A stretch of 32,000 nucleotides of DNA from Pseudoalteromonas tetraodonis (GTDB lineage: Bacteria; Pseudomonadota; Gammaproteobacteria; Enterobacterales; Alteromonadaceae), in the NCBI RefSeq assembly GCF_002310835.1, contig NZ_CP011041.1, positions 540,001-572,000 on the forward strand, read 5' to 3'. The notes under the pieces were generated by a model. That model had not been told where the DNA came from and searched no databases. It saw nothing but the letters and a program-made list of their open reading frames with translations. Below, one piece after another: positions 7,803 to 16,830 of the stretch; position 1 is the stretch's first letter; every line of letters begins with the position of its first letter. Position numbers and translations under genes: made by a program.

Positions 7803-8700
7803 TTAAAATTTAAGTCGAGGGTTGGTATTTTTAGCCGCTTGACGCTGACTAAACGCTTCATAAAACTTAACTAATTGCGGCTGCGCGCTAAAATCAGTGA
7901 GTTCACGAAAGCATATCCAATCAAGTAAGCAGTATAAACTGATGTTGAGGCATTCACAGCTTTTAAATTCATCATCGCATAAATGATCATTTAAATAGTG
8001 TAATGTTTGCGCAACTCGCTCATTTTGCAGATTAAAAAACAGCTTATCGGCTTGCGTATCAAATCCAGAACGTTGGCATAACAGTAATTCAACGAATGAA
8101 TCATTGCAGACATTGATGCTAGGGCCTGTTGACCTTTACGGATTAAAATTTCTTCAAACTAGGGGCGATTTAATCGCGGCGCGAGGTTTGTAACCTAGTG
8201 GGCTAAGTAAAAACCGAGCAAAGCTTCCGCGTCCTGCTCACGCCCCTTACCTACATCCATGTAGGCAACAAAGAGTTAATCGCCCCTAGGCAGAACCCTT
8301 CGGGCAGCGCCTGTTTGGCATTAATGCTACGTTATCGCCTATTTATGGGGAATAACCACACCACATAGGCTCTGCCTTGCCTAAATACCAAACAGACTGC
8401 TGTAAATTTAACCTTGAAAGATCAACAGGCCCTAATTAAAAAGTGCTCTTGAGGCCATGTAAGTGGGGGTTGCTGGGTTTTTTCAAGTAAATAACGCAGT
8501 ATGGTATTTGAATCACTTAGGGTAAGCGTGTCATCGACCAATATAGGAATTTTGGCTGCTGGATTTTTTGTGACCACCAACGGCCGATCGTCTTTAGAAA
8601 AAATATCGAGATTAATAAATTCAAGCGCACAATTGTTTTGTTGTGCCCAGATTCTAATACGGCGAACATAAGGGGAAGGAATAGAGCCAAATAGTTGCAT
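7803..8700 (-). pseudogene. YibF-like glutathione S-transferase gene interrupted by MITE copy B
   Basis: The N-terminal fragment (ORF 8422..8700) reads MQLFGSIPSPYVRRIRIW...KIPILVDD...SNTILRYL, a thioredoxin-like GST N-domain. It runs into the element and stops after 3 element-derived codons. A C-terminal fragment with no Met (8119 down to stop 7805-7803) reads SINVCNDSFVELLL...LLDWICFRELTDFSAQPQLVKFYEAFSQRQAAKNT. Deleting 8122-8432 plus one TA joins the two in frame (585 nt, 194 aa plus stop). Confidence 0.85.
8122..8432. mobile_element. 311-bp MITE-like element, copy B (inserted in the GST gene)
   Basis: Begins GGGCCTGTTGACCTTT and ends AAAGATCAACAGGCCC. TA lies at 8120-8121 and 8433-8434. 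It has the same orientation as copy A and about 92% identity to it. Confidence 0.8.
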
Positions 8701-8723
8701 AATGGGGCTTTTGCCAACTCCAC

Positions 8724-8752
8724 ATAAATAAAAAGCCGCTGATGCGGCTTTA
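8724..8752 (-). terminator. rho-independent terminator downstream of ppiC
   Basis: The minus strand reads AAAGCCGC-ATCA-GCGGCTTT followed by TTATTTAT. It lies 18 nt after the ppiC stop. Confidence 0.7.
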
Positions 8753-8769
8753 TTAATAAATCGATTTAC

Positions 8770-9051
8770 TTACTCTGAGCGGCTGGTTATTTCTAATAAA
8801 TGGTAACCAAACTGTGTTTGTACAGGGCCTTGTACTTGATTTAGCGGCGCTGAAAATACCACCTTGTCAAATTCAGGCACCATCATACCTGGGCCAAACT
8901 CACCTAATGCACCACCATCTTGACCTGATGGACAATTAGAGTGCAGTTTAGCGAGTTCTGCAAAGTCTTCACCTTGCTCAATTTTATCTTTAAGGTCTAA
9001 ACATTGTGCTTCACTGTCTACGAGTATGTGCCTTGCACTTGCAACTGCCAT
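8770..9051 (-). CDS. ppiC: peptidyl-prolyl cis-trans isomerase C (parvulin)
   Basis: 93 aa. ARHILV, GGALGEFGPGMMVPEFD and FGYHLLEI are typical PpiC/parvulin blocks, and the size matches. Confidence 0.9.
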   Translation of the reverse strand: MAVASARHILVDSEAQCLDLKDKIEQGEDFAELAKLHSNCPSGQDGGALGEFGPGMMVPEFDKVVFSAPLNQVQGPVQTQFGYHLLEITSRSE

Positions 9052-9127
9052 AAGTTCTCCTACCTGTAAGTTTAGTTTTTTAAATTTGATAGCAACATCT
9101 TAGTAAGGTTAAACTGAAAACACAAAG

Positions 9128-9697
9128 TTAAAATGCACTTTTGATTGCGCTTTCTAGTTTTGCTGAATCCGGTGCTACGCGGCTGTTAAAGCGCGTAATC
9201 GTTTTGCGATCGGCCGATACCACGTATTTATAAAAGTTCCAGTTTGGTGAACTGGTTTGGGCGTTTAAATGCTTAAAAATAGGGTTTGCGTCACTACCAC
9301 GTACTGCGCTGGTGGCCAGCATAGGGAAGGTAACACCATAATTTACATAACACACTTTTGCGGTATCTTTTTCATCGTTCTCTTCTTGAAAAAAATCATC
9401 TGATGGAAAGCCTAATACCACCAAGCCTTCGTCTTTGTATTTATTATAAAGTGCTTCTAAACCTTCAAATTGCGGCGTAAAACCGCAGTTACTCGCAGTG
9501 TTAACAATTAAAAGAGGCTGGTTCTTAAAATCACATAAGTTAATGGTTTCAGTTGAGCGCAACTTTCTAAGTGAAACATTCGTGAAGTCATTGCAGGTGT
9601 TTGCATCTAATGAAGGGGGGGGCGAGTCTGCGGCATATGTATTTAGCGAAACACAACTTAACGCGAGGGTTAAACCAAGTATTATTTTTTTTATCAT
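9128..9697 (-). CDS. glutathione peroxidase family protein with signal peptide (BtuE-like, Cys type)
   Basis: 189 aa. N-terminal signal MIKKIILGLTLALSCVSLNTYA. GPx motifs NTASNCGFT, LGFPSDDFFQEE and WNFYKYVV. The active site is Cys, with no in-frame TGA. Confidence 0.85.
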   Translation of the reverse strand: MIKKIILGLTLALSCVSLNTYAADSPPPSLDANTCNDFTNVSLRKLRSTETINLCDFKNQPLLIVNTASNCGFTPQFEGLEALYNKYKDEGLVVLGFPSDDFFQEENDEKDTAKVCYVNYGVTFPMLATSAVRGSDANPIFKHLNAQTSSPNWNFYKYVVSADRKTITRFNSRVAPDSAKLESAIKSAF

Positions 9698-9785
9698 GCT
9701 ATTACCTTAAGTGCGTTTTTAGAGTATTTATGTAACTTATCATACGCTACTATAGGCTAAATTGATCAATTTTACTTTATTTTCT

Positions 9786-10274
9786 ATGACTATACGTTTA
9801 GCAAAACCTGATGATTTAACTGCCATTGTTGCTATTTACAATGAAACTATCCCTAGTCGAATGGTCACCGCCGATACCGAAGAGGTGACCGTCGCTGATA
9901 AACAACCTTGGTTTGATAGCCATACTGCTCAACGCCCTATTTTTGTTTACTGTGAGAACAACCAAGTATTAGCGTGGCTTAGTTATAAATCGTTTTATGG
10001 TCGCCCAGCTTACGATGGCACCGTTGAGTTAAGCATTTACATTACGGCAGCAGCCCAAGGAAAAGGGTTGGGTAAAAAGCTGATGCAATTTGCACAACAA
10101 CAAGCCAAGCAGCTTAATATCGAAGTATTACTTGGGTTTATTTTTAGTCACAACGAACCGAGCATTAAATTATTTAAGCATTTTGATTTTGCAGTATGGG
10201 GAGAGCTGCCTAACGTAGCAAGAATGGACAATCAGCTGTACAGCCTGACTATTTTTGGTAAGCATTTAACCTAG
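9786..10274 (+). CDS. GNAT-family N-acetyltransferase (phosphinothricin acetyltransferase-like)
   Basis: The ORF track starts at TTG 9762, but ATG 9786 (MTIRLAKPDDL) is the more likely start. AIYNETIP, the acetyl-CoA motif QGKGLGKKLM, and the size are typical of PAT-like GNATs. Confidence 0.8.
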   Translation: MTIRLAKPDDLTAIVAIYNETIPSRMVTADTEEVTVADKQPWFDSHTAQRPIFVYCENNQVLAWLSYKSFYGRPAYDGTVELSIYITAAAQGKGLGKKLMQFAQQQAKQLNIEVLLGFIFSHNEPSIKLFKHFDFAVWGELPNVARMDNQLYSLTIFGKHLT

Positions 10275-10384
10275 TACCATAACAAAAGGCAGCAAAATTC
10301 ACTTTTACGTAGGTGATTATGCTAAACCAAAAATTCTAGACTATGCTGAAAAGGTGTTTAATTAACTCTTTAAAGTGTGTCTAA

Positions 10385-12376
10385 ATGGCGAGAAAAATAC
10401 TTATTATTGATAGCAGTAGCATGATTGCTATGCGCTTAAAAGTGTTGTTAGAACTAATTGGCTGCCAAGTTGAATTAGTCCACTTTGCTATGTTTGATGA
10501 AAATACAGACATAGACATTTATGACTTACTGGTATTTTCTCAAGGCGTGCCAACCGATGTTGTATCGATAGTTGTTGAGAAAGCGACTTATCAATCATTT
10601 TTGTTATTAGCGCCAAAAGCAGAATCAGGGGAGTTGCTTAGCGCATTTTCCAAATTAAATGACTTGATACCCAATGCCACCATTATCTACCCCTTCTTTT
10701 CTAATAAAGAAATAACGTCTTTAATTGAGGCCTTATTAGAGATAGGTCCAGATCACATTTTTAAACTACCGACAATTTTACTCGTTGACCATGTTAATGA
10801 GCGATTAGAGTCACTCAAAAGTAGCCTTTATGGCGCTCATATTGAGGTATACACCGCAACAAACCATGATGAAGCAATTAATATTGCCAAGCTCAGGAGT
10901 ATTGATATTTTAATCAGTGACTTTAGCTTACAACCGGGTTCTGGTTTAGAGATATTTTCGAGTTTAAAAAAAATACAACCGCATAGTCGTTGCTTGTTAG
11001 TAACCTCACGCCCTGAACAATCTATGTTAGAAGCCATTCGCCAAGGTGTTGAAGATGTTTTAATCAAGCCTTTAAATGACAATGTGTTACTACAAGCTGT
11101 ACATAAATTATGGCAAACCGAGCTGCTAAAACGTCACAATGCTGAGCTAGTAGAAAGATTACAAGAAACAGTTGATGTGCTGATTGAAAAAGACAGCCTA
11201 CTGCAGGTCATTTTTAAAAATACCCCCGATCCTATTTTATTATTTGAACGCAAAGGCAAGATAGTCGAGGCCAATGATGCTTGCTTAAAATTATTTAATT
11301 TAAAGTTTAAAAAGCTCATTGCTCACTCGTTATTTCATTTTTTAGATGATGACTCGGTGCAGGCAATAAAAGATAAAATCTCTACATTAAACAGTAATCG
11401 TCAGTTTAGTTGTGACTTACACATTGTAAATAAAGACGGAAGTAAAATTCCGCTAGTTGGATCATTTAATGAAATAGACCACCATGGCGAAATAGCGTTA
11501 GCGGTTATTTTTAAAAATGTTAGCCATTTAAAACAAAAAGAAGATCTACTGTTGGAAGCCAAAGATCTTTTAGAAGAGCAAGTAAGGGCACGTACTTCAC
11601 AGCTTGAGCATGCGAAAAATATTGCCGAAGCGGCTAATCTAAGTAAATCAGAGTTTTTGGCAAATATGTCGCATGAGCTAAGAACCCCTATGCACTCTAT
11701 ATTGAGCTTTTCACGTTTTGGTATTAGCAAGTTACAAGAGGGTGATTTTAGCAAAGATAAACTTTTGAAGTATTTAACTCGTATTGAATCAAGTGGGCAA
11801 AGACTACTATCGTTACTTAATAATTTACTCGACCTTTCTAAATTAGATGTTGGTAAATTTCCATTCAACCCACGGGCTTATGATTTAGCGACTATTGTTA
11901 AAACCAGTATTGATGATGTTGCCGGTATTGCTATTGAAAAAGATATAAATATTGTTTTTAGCTCTGATAACGCGCCGATTGTTGCACAGTGCGATGAAGA
12001 GCAAATAAATCAGGTTTTGAGAAATGTATTGAGTAATGCACTCAAATTTAGTGAAGAGCACAGTACTGTTGAAGTTGTAATGCAAAGAGACGATGACAAT
12101 GCAAACATTGCAGTGATAGATAGCGGTATTGGAATACCTGAAGAGGAACTTGAAACGGTTTTCAATAAATTTGAGCAAAGCAGTAAAACGAATAGTGGTG
12201 CAGGTGGAACCGGGTTGGGTCTTACCTTGTGTCGTGAGTTTGTTTCATTGCATCAAGGCAGTATTAAAGCATGCAATAACAGCCTTGGTGGAACAACAAT
12301 TTCGATTCAAGTTCCTTTAGAAATAAACTTAGATGAATACCTAGCTGATGAGCAATTAGTGAAAAATAGCGGCTAA
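10385..12376 (+). CDS. hybrid sensor histidine kinase: pseudo-receiver + receiver + PAS + HisKA + HATPase_c
   Basis: 663 aa. The first REC-like domain lacks the acceptor Asp (DLLVFSQ). The second has DILISD, LLVTS and KPL. There is a PAS-like block after a coiled region. The H-box is SHELRTPMHSI, and the G-boxes are DSGIGI and GGTGLGL. No transmembrane segment is obvious. Confidence 0.85.
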   Translation: MARKILIIDSSSMIAMRLKVLLELIGCQVELVHFAMFDENTDIDIYDLLVFSQGVPTDVVSIVVEKATYQSFLLLAPKAESGELLSAFSKLNDLIPNATIIYPFFSNKEITSLIEALLEIGPDHIFKLPTILLVDHVNERLESLKSSLYGAHIEVYTATNHDEAINIAKLRSIDILISDFSLQPGSGLEIFSSLKKIQPHSRCLLVTSRPEQSMLEAIRQGVEDVLIKPLNDNVLLQAVHKLWQTELLKRHNAELVERLQETVDVLIEKDSLLQVIFKNTPDPILLFERKGKIVEANDACLKLFNLKFKKLIAHSLFHFLDDDSVQAIKDKISTLNSNRQFSCDLHIVNKDGSKIPLVGSFNEIDHHGEIALAVIFKNVSHLKQKEDLLLEAKDLLEEQVRARTSQLEHAKNIAEAANLSKSEFLANMSHELRTPMHSILSFSRFGISKLQEGDFSKDKLLKYLTRIESSGQRLLSLLNNLLDLSKLDVGKFPFNPRAYDLATIVKTSIDDVAGIAIEKDINIVFSSDNAPIVAQCDEEQINQVLRNVLSNALKFSEEHSTVEVVMQRDDDNANIAVIDSGIGIPEEELETVFNKFEQSSKTNSGAGGTGLGLTLCREFVSLHQGSIKACNNSLGGTTISIQVPLEINLDEYLADEQLVKNSG

Positions 12377-12412
12377 CAATCGAATTTTTTTAATTTATAT
12401 GGATGAAAAATT

Positions 12413-13540
12413 ATGGCTTTAACTAAAATTCTTGCAGTCGACGATGAACCATTTAACCTCGAAATAATTGAAGAAATATTAGAGGATCTTGATTTTGAAC
12501 TTAAGCTAGCTTCAAGCGGCCCTGAATGCTTAAGTATGGTTGAAGAGTATATGCCTCAAGTTATATTACTTGATGTAAGTATGCCAAAAATGAATGGTTA
12601 TGAAGTATGTAAAGAGCTTAAAGCTAACCCCAATACCCATGACATCATCGTGATGTTTGTATCTGCAAGAGGTACGGTTGAGGAGCGCATGGAAGGTTAT
12701 TCAGTAGGCGCGGAAGACTATATTGTAAAACCGTTTGGGCACGACGAATTAAAGCAAAAACTGAATAAACTAAATCAAGTCTTAATAGAAAAACAACAGC
12801 TTGAAAAGCAAGTAAAAGAAGCGACCTCTACCGCCTTTAATGCCATGGCAAATAGCAGCGAAATGGGTCAGATAGTAAATTACATTGAAAATATTGGTTT
12901 TATTAACGATATACAAGAGCTTGGCAAAGCATTAGTAGAATGCTTACAGGCATTTGGCCTACAAAGTAATATTGAATTTAGATGTAACGATACTAAGTCG
13001 CACTTTGCGCTCAATGGGGTGTGTTCGCCAATTGTAATTGAGTTATTTGAAATGCTTAAAAGCAAAGGACGACTGCATGAGTTTTCTCATCGCATTTTGG
13101 TTAACTACGAGCTTGTGAGTTTACTGATTTTAAATATGCCAGAGCATGACGAGCAAAAGCACGGACGCATACGTGATCATATTTGCTTTATTGTAAGTGT
13201 AACCGAGCAACAATTACGAGCCATTACCACTAAGCAGATGCTGGTATCGCAGCAGGAGCGGTTAAATAAAGTTGCCGGTACTGTGCATAGTAAGTTTCAT
13301 CGTTTAATTGGGATGTTGAACGACAGTCGTATTAATAATGAAAAAGTATTTAAGCATTTACAAGAAGAACTCGAAGAGCGGATCCCAACTATGGGATTGG
13401 ATGAAGACCAAGAAATTTTTATTTATAAAAAAGTAGACGAAACCATACAAAACTCGGTTGCACGTCAGGAGTCAGTAGATCAAGTTAAAAAAGCCTTTGC
13501 AGAAATAGAGCAAGATCTTGCTTTATTGTTGAAAGGTTAA
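12413..13540 (+). CDS. response regulator: CheY-like receiver plus about 250-aa C-terminal domain of unrecognised type
   Basis: 375 aa. ILAVDDEPFN, ILLDVSMPKMNG, MFVSA and IVKPF define the receiver. I cannot assign the remainder (about residues 125-375) to any output family. It starts 36 nt after the kinase gene. Confidence 0.8.
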   Translation: MALTKILAVDDEPFNLEIIEEILEDLDFELKLASSGPECLSMVEEYMPQVILLDVSMPKMNGYEVCKELKANPNTHDIIVMFVSARGTVEERMEGYSVGAEDYIVKPFGHDELKQKLNKLNQVLIEKQQLEKQVKEATSTAFNAMANSSEMGQIVNYIENIGFINDIQELGKALVECLQAFGLQSNIEFRCNDTKSHFALNGVCSPIVIELFEMLKSKGRLHEFSHRILVNYELVSLLILNMPEHDEQKHGRIRDHICFIVSVTEQQLRAITTKQMLVSQQERLNKVAGTVHSKFHRLIGMLNDSRINNEKVFKHLQEELEERIPTMGLDEDQEIFIYKKVDETIQNSVARQESVDQVKKAFAEIEQDLALLLKG

Positions 13541-13609
13541 AGGTGCGGGTTACGGGCTGCGAGGCGCGGGGTAAATTCCTTGCTACGATTAGGCAGATAG
13601 CTTGTATCA

Positions 13610-13631
13610 GCGACATTATGTCGCGTTTTTT
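13610..13631 (+). terminator. rho-independent terminator after the response-regulator gene
   Basis: GCGACA-TTA-TGTCGC followed by GTTTTTT, about 70 nt after the stop at 13540. Confidence 0.6.
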
Positions 13632-13642
13632 AGGCAATAGGC

Positions 13643-14800
13643 TTATGCGTCTCTGGGTAGGCCTTTTTCAACAATCCGTATTAGCCGTGCTGTTTTGCGC
13701 AGCTTTTGTCTTTGTTTATCATGTTGCTGGGTAAGTGCCCATTCTATGTGCTCATTCACCATGTCACTGACCGTTTTGCGTTTATCTTCAAGTGCATGAA
13801 TAATCGCTGGGCTAAAATCTGCGTTGCCTAAGCCAACCGCTATATTTCGTAACCAACGCTCATGGCCAATACGCCGAATAGGGCTGCCCTCGGTATTTGT
13901 TAAAAAGGTAGTTTCATCCCAGGCAAATAATGCGAGTAAGTCTTTATTTTTTAATTGTGTACGGGGGTGGAAGTCTTGCTCGTCGGTAATTTGTCCATAG
14001 CGATTCCATGGGCACACTAACTGGCAATCATCGCAACCATAAATGCGGTTACCCATTAAGGTTCGGTATTGCTCTGGAATAGCCCCTTGATGCTCTATGG
14101 TTAAATACGATATGCATTTACGTGCATCTACCACATAAGGTTCTACAATAGCGCCGGTAGGGCAAAGGGTTATACAGGCAACACATTTACCACAACCTTC
14201 GAACGTGTTTTCATCATCAATAGGCAGTGGTAAATCTACAAATAACTCGCCTAAAAAAAACCAAGAACCAGCCTCTTTATTGATTAATAAAGAATGTTTA
14301 CCTCGCCAGCCAAGCCCTGCTTTTTCAGCTAATTGACGCTCAAGCACTGGCGCTGAATCAACAAAAGGCCTAAAGCCATAGTCACCTACCTGCTGTTCAA
14401 TTTTTTTACCTAATTGCTTGAGCCGATTACGCATTAATTTGTGATAGTCACGGCCAAGCGCATAGCGGCTGATATAGGCTTTCTCGGTATTTTTAAGGTT
14501 TTTGGCAAAGCCTGAATCTGGCGGCAGGTAATTCATTTTTACTGAAATAACTCGTTGCGTGCCAGGGACTAGCTCGCTAGGGCGGGCGCGTTTCATTCCA
14601 TGTGCAGCCATGTAATCCATTGAACCATGATACCCTGCATCAAGCCAACGCTGAAGCTGTGCTTCATGCTTAGTTAAATCAATGTCAGTAATGCCCACTT
14701 CACTAAAGCCAAGTTGTTGGCCCCATAATTTTATTTGCTGGGCTAGCTGCTCATAGTTTGGTTTTACGTCGCTCACATACTTCACACAGTTAAATGACAA
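13643..14800 (-). CDS. queG: tRNA epoxyqueuosine(34) reductase
   Basis: Two ferredoxin-type clusters, CGKCVACITLCPTGAI and CDDCQLVCPWN, plus YHGSMDYM and the overall YjeS/QueG pattern. The tracked start is TTG 14800. An in-frame GTG at 14776 (VSDVKPNYEQLAQ) would fit the E. coli N-terminus better, so the start is uncertain. Confidence 0.85.
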   Translation of the reverse strand: MSFNCVKYVSDVKPNYEQLAQQIKLWGQQLGFSEVGITDIDLTKHEAQLQRWLDAGYHGSMDYMAAHGMKRARPSELVPGTQRVISVKMNYLPPDSGFAKNLKNTEKAYISRYALGRDYHKLMRNRLKQLGKKIEQQVGDYGFRPFVDSAPVLERQLAEKAGLGWRGKHSLLINKEAGSWFFLGELFVDLPLPIDDENTFEGCGKCVACITLCPTGAIVEPYVVDARKCISYLTIEHQGAIPEQYRTLMGNRIYGCDDCQLVCPWNRYGQITDEQDFHPRTQLKNKDLLALFAWDETTFLTNTEGSPIRRIGHERWLRNIAVGLGNADFSPAIIHALEDKRKTVSDMVNEHIEWALTQQHDKQRQKLRKTARLIRIVEKGLPRDA

Positions 14801-14846
14801 GCCGCTTAATTTAGCATAATCGCGGCTTGGGTGAAATTATTATTGC

Positions 14847-16067
14847 CTAATCTACAAAGCGTTTTAACTGTTGTTGGGTTTGTTGGCTTAGCTTTTGTGA
14901 TTGTTCAGAATCATGCAGTGCTGTATCTATTTGTTGCTTGGCTTGTTCGCCTAGCGCCACAATTTGCTCAACCGATTCATGCGTTTGGTTTTGGGTATCT
15001 TCGAGCAAGTGTACGGCATTGGCTATTTGCTGCAATTGTTGTTGATTAAGTTCAAACTCATTGAGCATTTTACCAAACCCATCAGAGGTGGTGTTAATTG
15101 ATGTTTGCGCATTATTTGAGTGGTTTATTAATTGCTCTGACTCTTTATTCGTTTCATTAACGAGCTCATTCATTTGGGTAATAAAATCACTAATTTGGCG
15201 TGTTGCGTCGCTTACTTTAACCGATAGGGTACGAACTTCATCGGCAACCACGGCAAAACCTCGCCCCGCTTCACCAGCGCGTGCCGCTTCTATGGCTGCA
15301 TTTAGTGCTAATAAGTTAGTTTGATCCGAAAACTCTTCAACCATTTTTAAAATACTGCGAATGTTTTCGCTGTTCTCTTTCAAGCCCGCAATCGTTTTAG
15401 AAAAACTACCCAGCATTTCATTAATAAGCCTTACCTGCTCAACTAGTTTTGATAGCTCACCAGCAGAGAGCTTTACAAAATTAAGGTGTTCATTATTGAC
15501 CTGATGTACGCTATCAGTGTTGCTTACTATAGCCTGCAGGCTTTGGGTAATTTGGTTACTGGCATTAATAATGGTGTGGCTTAAATTAATTTGCTGTTCG
15601 CTTAGCTGCTCTGTGTGCTGCATTGATTGCGTTACTTGGCTATTACTTTGCACGCTTTCCTGAGCGCTGCTGTAGGTCGTACTTAATAAGCTGTTTAAAT
15701 GCGTAGTAAACTGATTATATTGTTCACTTAAATCTCTAAATTCATCAAAAGTAAAATGAGGAAGTTTGGCAGCTAAGTTGGCATCTTGTTGATTAATATT
15801 AATGAGCGTATCGCGCATTGCTTTTACCGGGCGCACAATTAAAAAGCGCATATAAAAAATAGTAAAAATAAAGCCTGCAATAATAAGTAGCGCAAGTGCC
15901 CAAAATAAGCCAGTGCTTTGCTGGTTTTCGGTTAAGCTACTGTGCAACCAAAACAAAGTAATGGCTTGAAATAAAAAAACAAAACTTAAATTCCCAACTA
16001 TTTTTCGGGTTAAAGTATAAAACAGTGTTTGTTCTAAAAAATTATAAATACGCATGTAGCTACTCAT
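14847..16067 (-). CDS. methyl-accepting chemotaxis protein (short, two TM segments, no sizeable periplasmic domain)
   Basis: 406 aa. It has the highly conserved signalling hairpin [31 protein letters not shown] and two N-terminal hydrophobic segments separated by about 10 residues. Confidence 0.9.
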   Translation of the reverse strand: MSSYMRIYNFLEQTLFYTLTRKIVGNLSFVFLFQAITLFWLHSSLTENQQSTGLFWALALLIIAGFIFTIFYMRFLIVRPVKAMRDTLININQQDANLAAKLPHFTFDEFRDLSEQYNQFTTHLNSLLSTTYSSAQESVQSNSQVTQSMQHTEQLSEQQINLSHTIINASNQITQSLQAIVSNTDSVHQVNNEHLNFVKLSAGELSKLVEQVRLINEMLGSFSKTIAGLKENSENIRSILKMVEEFSDQTNLLALNAAIEAARAGEAGRGFAVVADEVRTLSVKVSDATRQISDFITQMNELVNETNKESEQLINHSNNAQTSINTTSDGFGKMLNEFELNQQQLQQIANAVHLLEDTQNQTHESVEQIVALGEQAKQQIDTALHDSEQSQKLSQQTQQQLKRFVD

Positions 16068-16125
16068 TAAATAGTGACCTACTAAATTATTGTTTTTATA
16101 GCATAAATGGCAATTAAATAATTAG

Positions 16126-16830
16126 TTATAGTTCATTTAATTGCGCTAAATAATGCTTAGTTCGTTCAGGGTCGTTAGTAAAAATACCATCAACACCACA
16201 GGCAAGCATCAGTTTAATATCTTCGACTTCATCTACGGTGTAAGCAAATACTTGTAAACCGCGCATTTTGGCATCGTCTACAAACGGTTTGTTCATAAAG
16301 TTTTTGTCAATATGAATGCTGTAGGCCTGTAAGTCTTGTGCAAACTTTGCATACTGCAATGGAATTGATGCAGTAAGTGCGCCAATTTTAAGCCACGATA
16401 AACGGCTCTTTAGCCAGTGTAGTTGATGATGATTAAATGATGAAACTAAAATATTGTCTGCGGTTATTTTTTTGTTCGCAATGTTGCTTTCAAGCACGGT
16501 TGCAAACTTTTCAAGTTCAAAGGTATGCTTTAGCTCTAAATTGAGTAAGGTTTGGTTATTATTCCAGTCTATTAATTGCTGCAAAGTAGGGACTTGTTCG
16601 CCATTTCCTGCATCAAACTGTTTAATTTGCTGGGCACTAAAGTCGCACACTTTGCCTTTGCCATTAGTGGTTCTATCGAGGTAGGTATCATGAATAATAA
16701 CGTAATCATCAAGCGCGCTTTGTACATCAACCTCAATGCCATCTACATTCGCTTTTAACGCCGCTATAATGGCGCTTTGCGTATTTTCAGGAAAGTGTGT
16801 GCTTGCGCCTCTATGTGCAAATATTTTCAT
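16126..16830 (-). CDS. glycerophosphodiester phosphodiesterase (UgpQ-like)
   Basis: GDPD motifs FAHRGAS..PENT and IEVDV. The preferred start is ATG 16830 (MKIFAHRG), which forms an ATGA overlap with the stop of the upstream EamA gene. The track start 16857 would overlap that gene by 31 nt. Confidence 0.8.
   Translation of the reverse strand: MKIFAHRGASTHFPENTQSAIIAALKANVDGIEVDVQSALDDYVIIHDTYLDRTTNGKGKVCDFSAQQIKQFDAGNGEQVPTLQQLIDWNNNQTLLNLELKHTFELEKFATVLESNIANKKITADNILVSSFNHHQLHWLKSRLSWLKIGALTASIPLQYAKFAQDLQAYSIHIDKNFMNKPFVDDAKMRGLQVFAYTVDEVEDIKLMLACGVDGIFTNDPERTKHYLAQLNEL

Noticed and set aside
10837-12320. Tracked ORFs antisense to or overlapping the histidine kinase gene (10837..11082, 11134..11319, 11401..11868, 11885..12178, 12129..12320)
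   Set aside because: They are low-complexity, Ser/Leu/Asn-rich translations lying wholly within a well-supported kinase gene. They are typical spurious frames in AT-rich DNA.
13543-13734. 63-aa ORF spanning the convergent junction between the response regulator gene and queG
   Set aside because: It starts in the G-rich post-stop tract, runs through the terminator hairpin, and overlaps the 3' end of queG antisense. It has no RBS.
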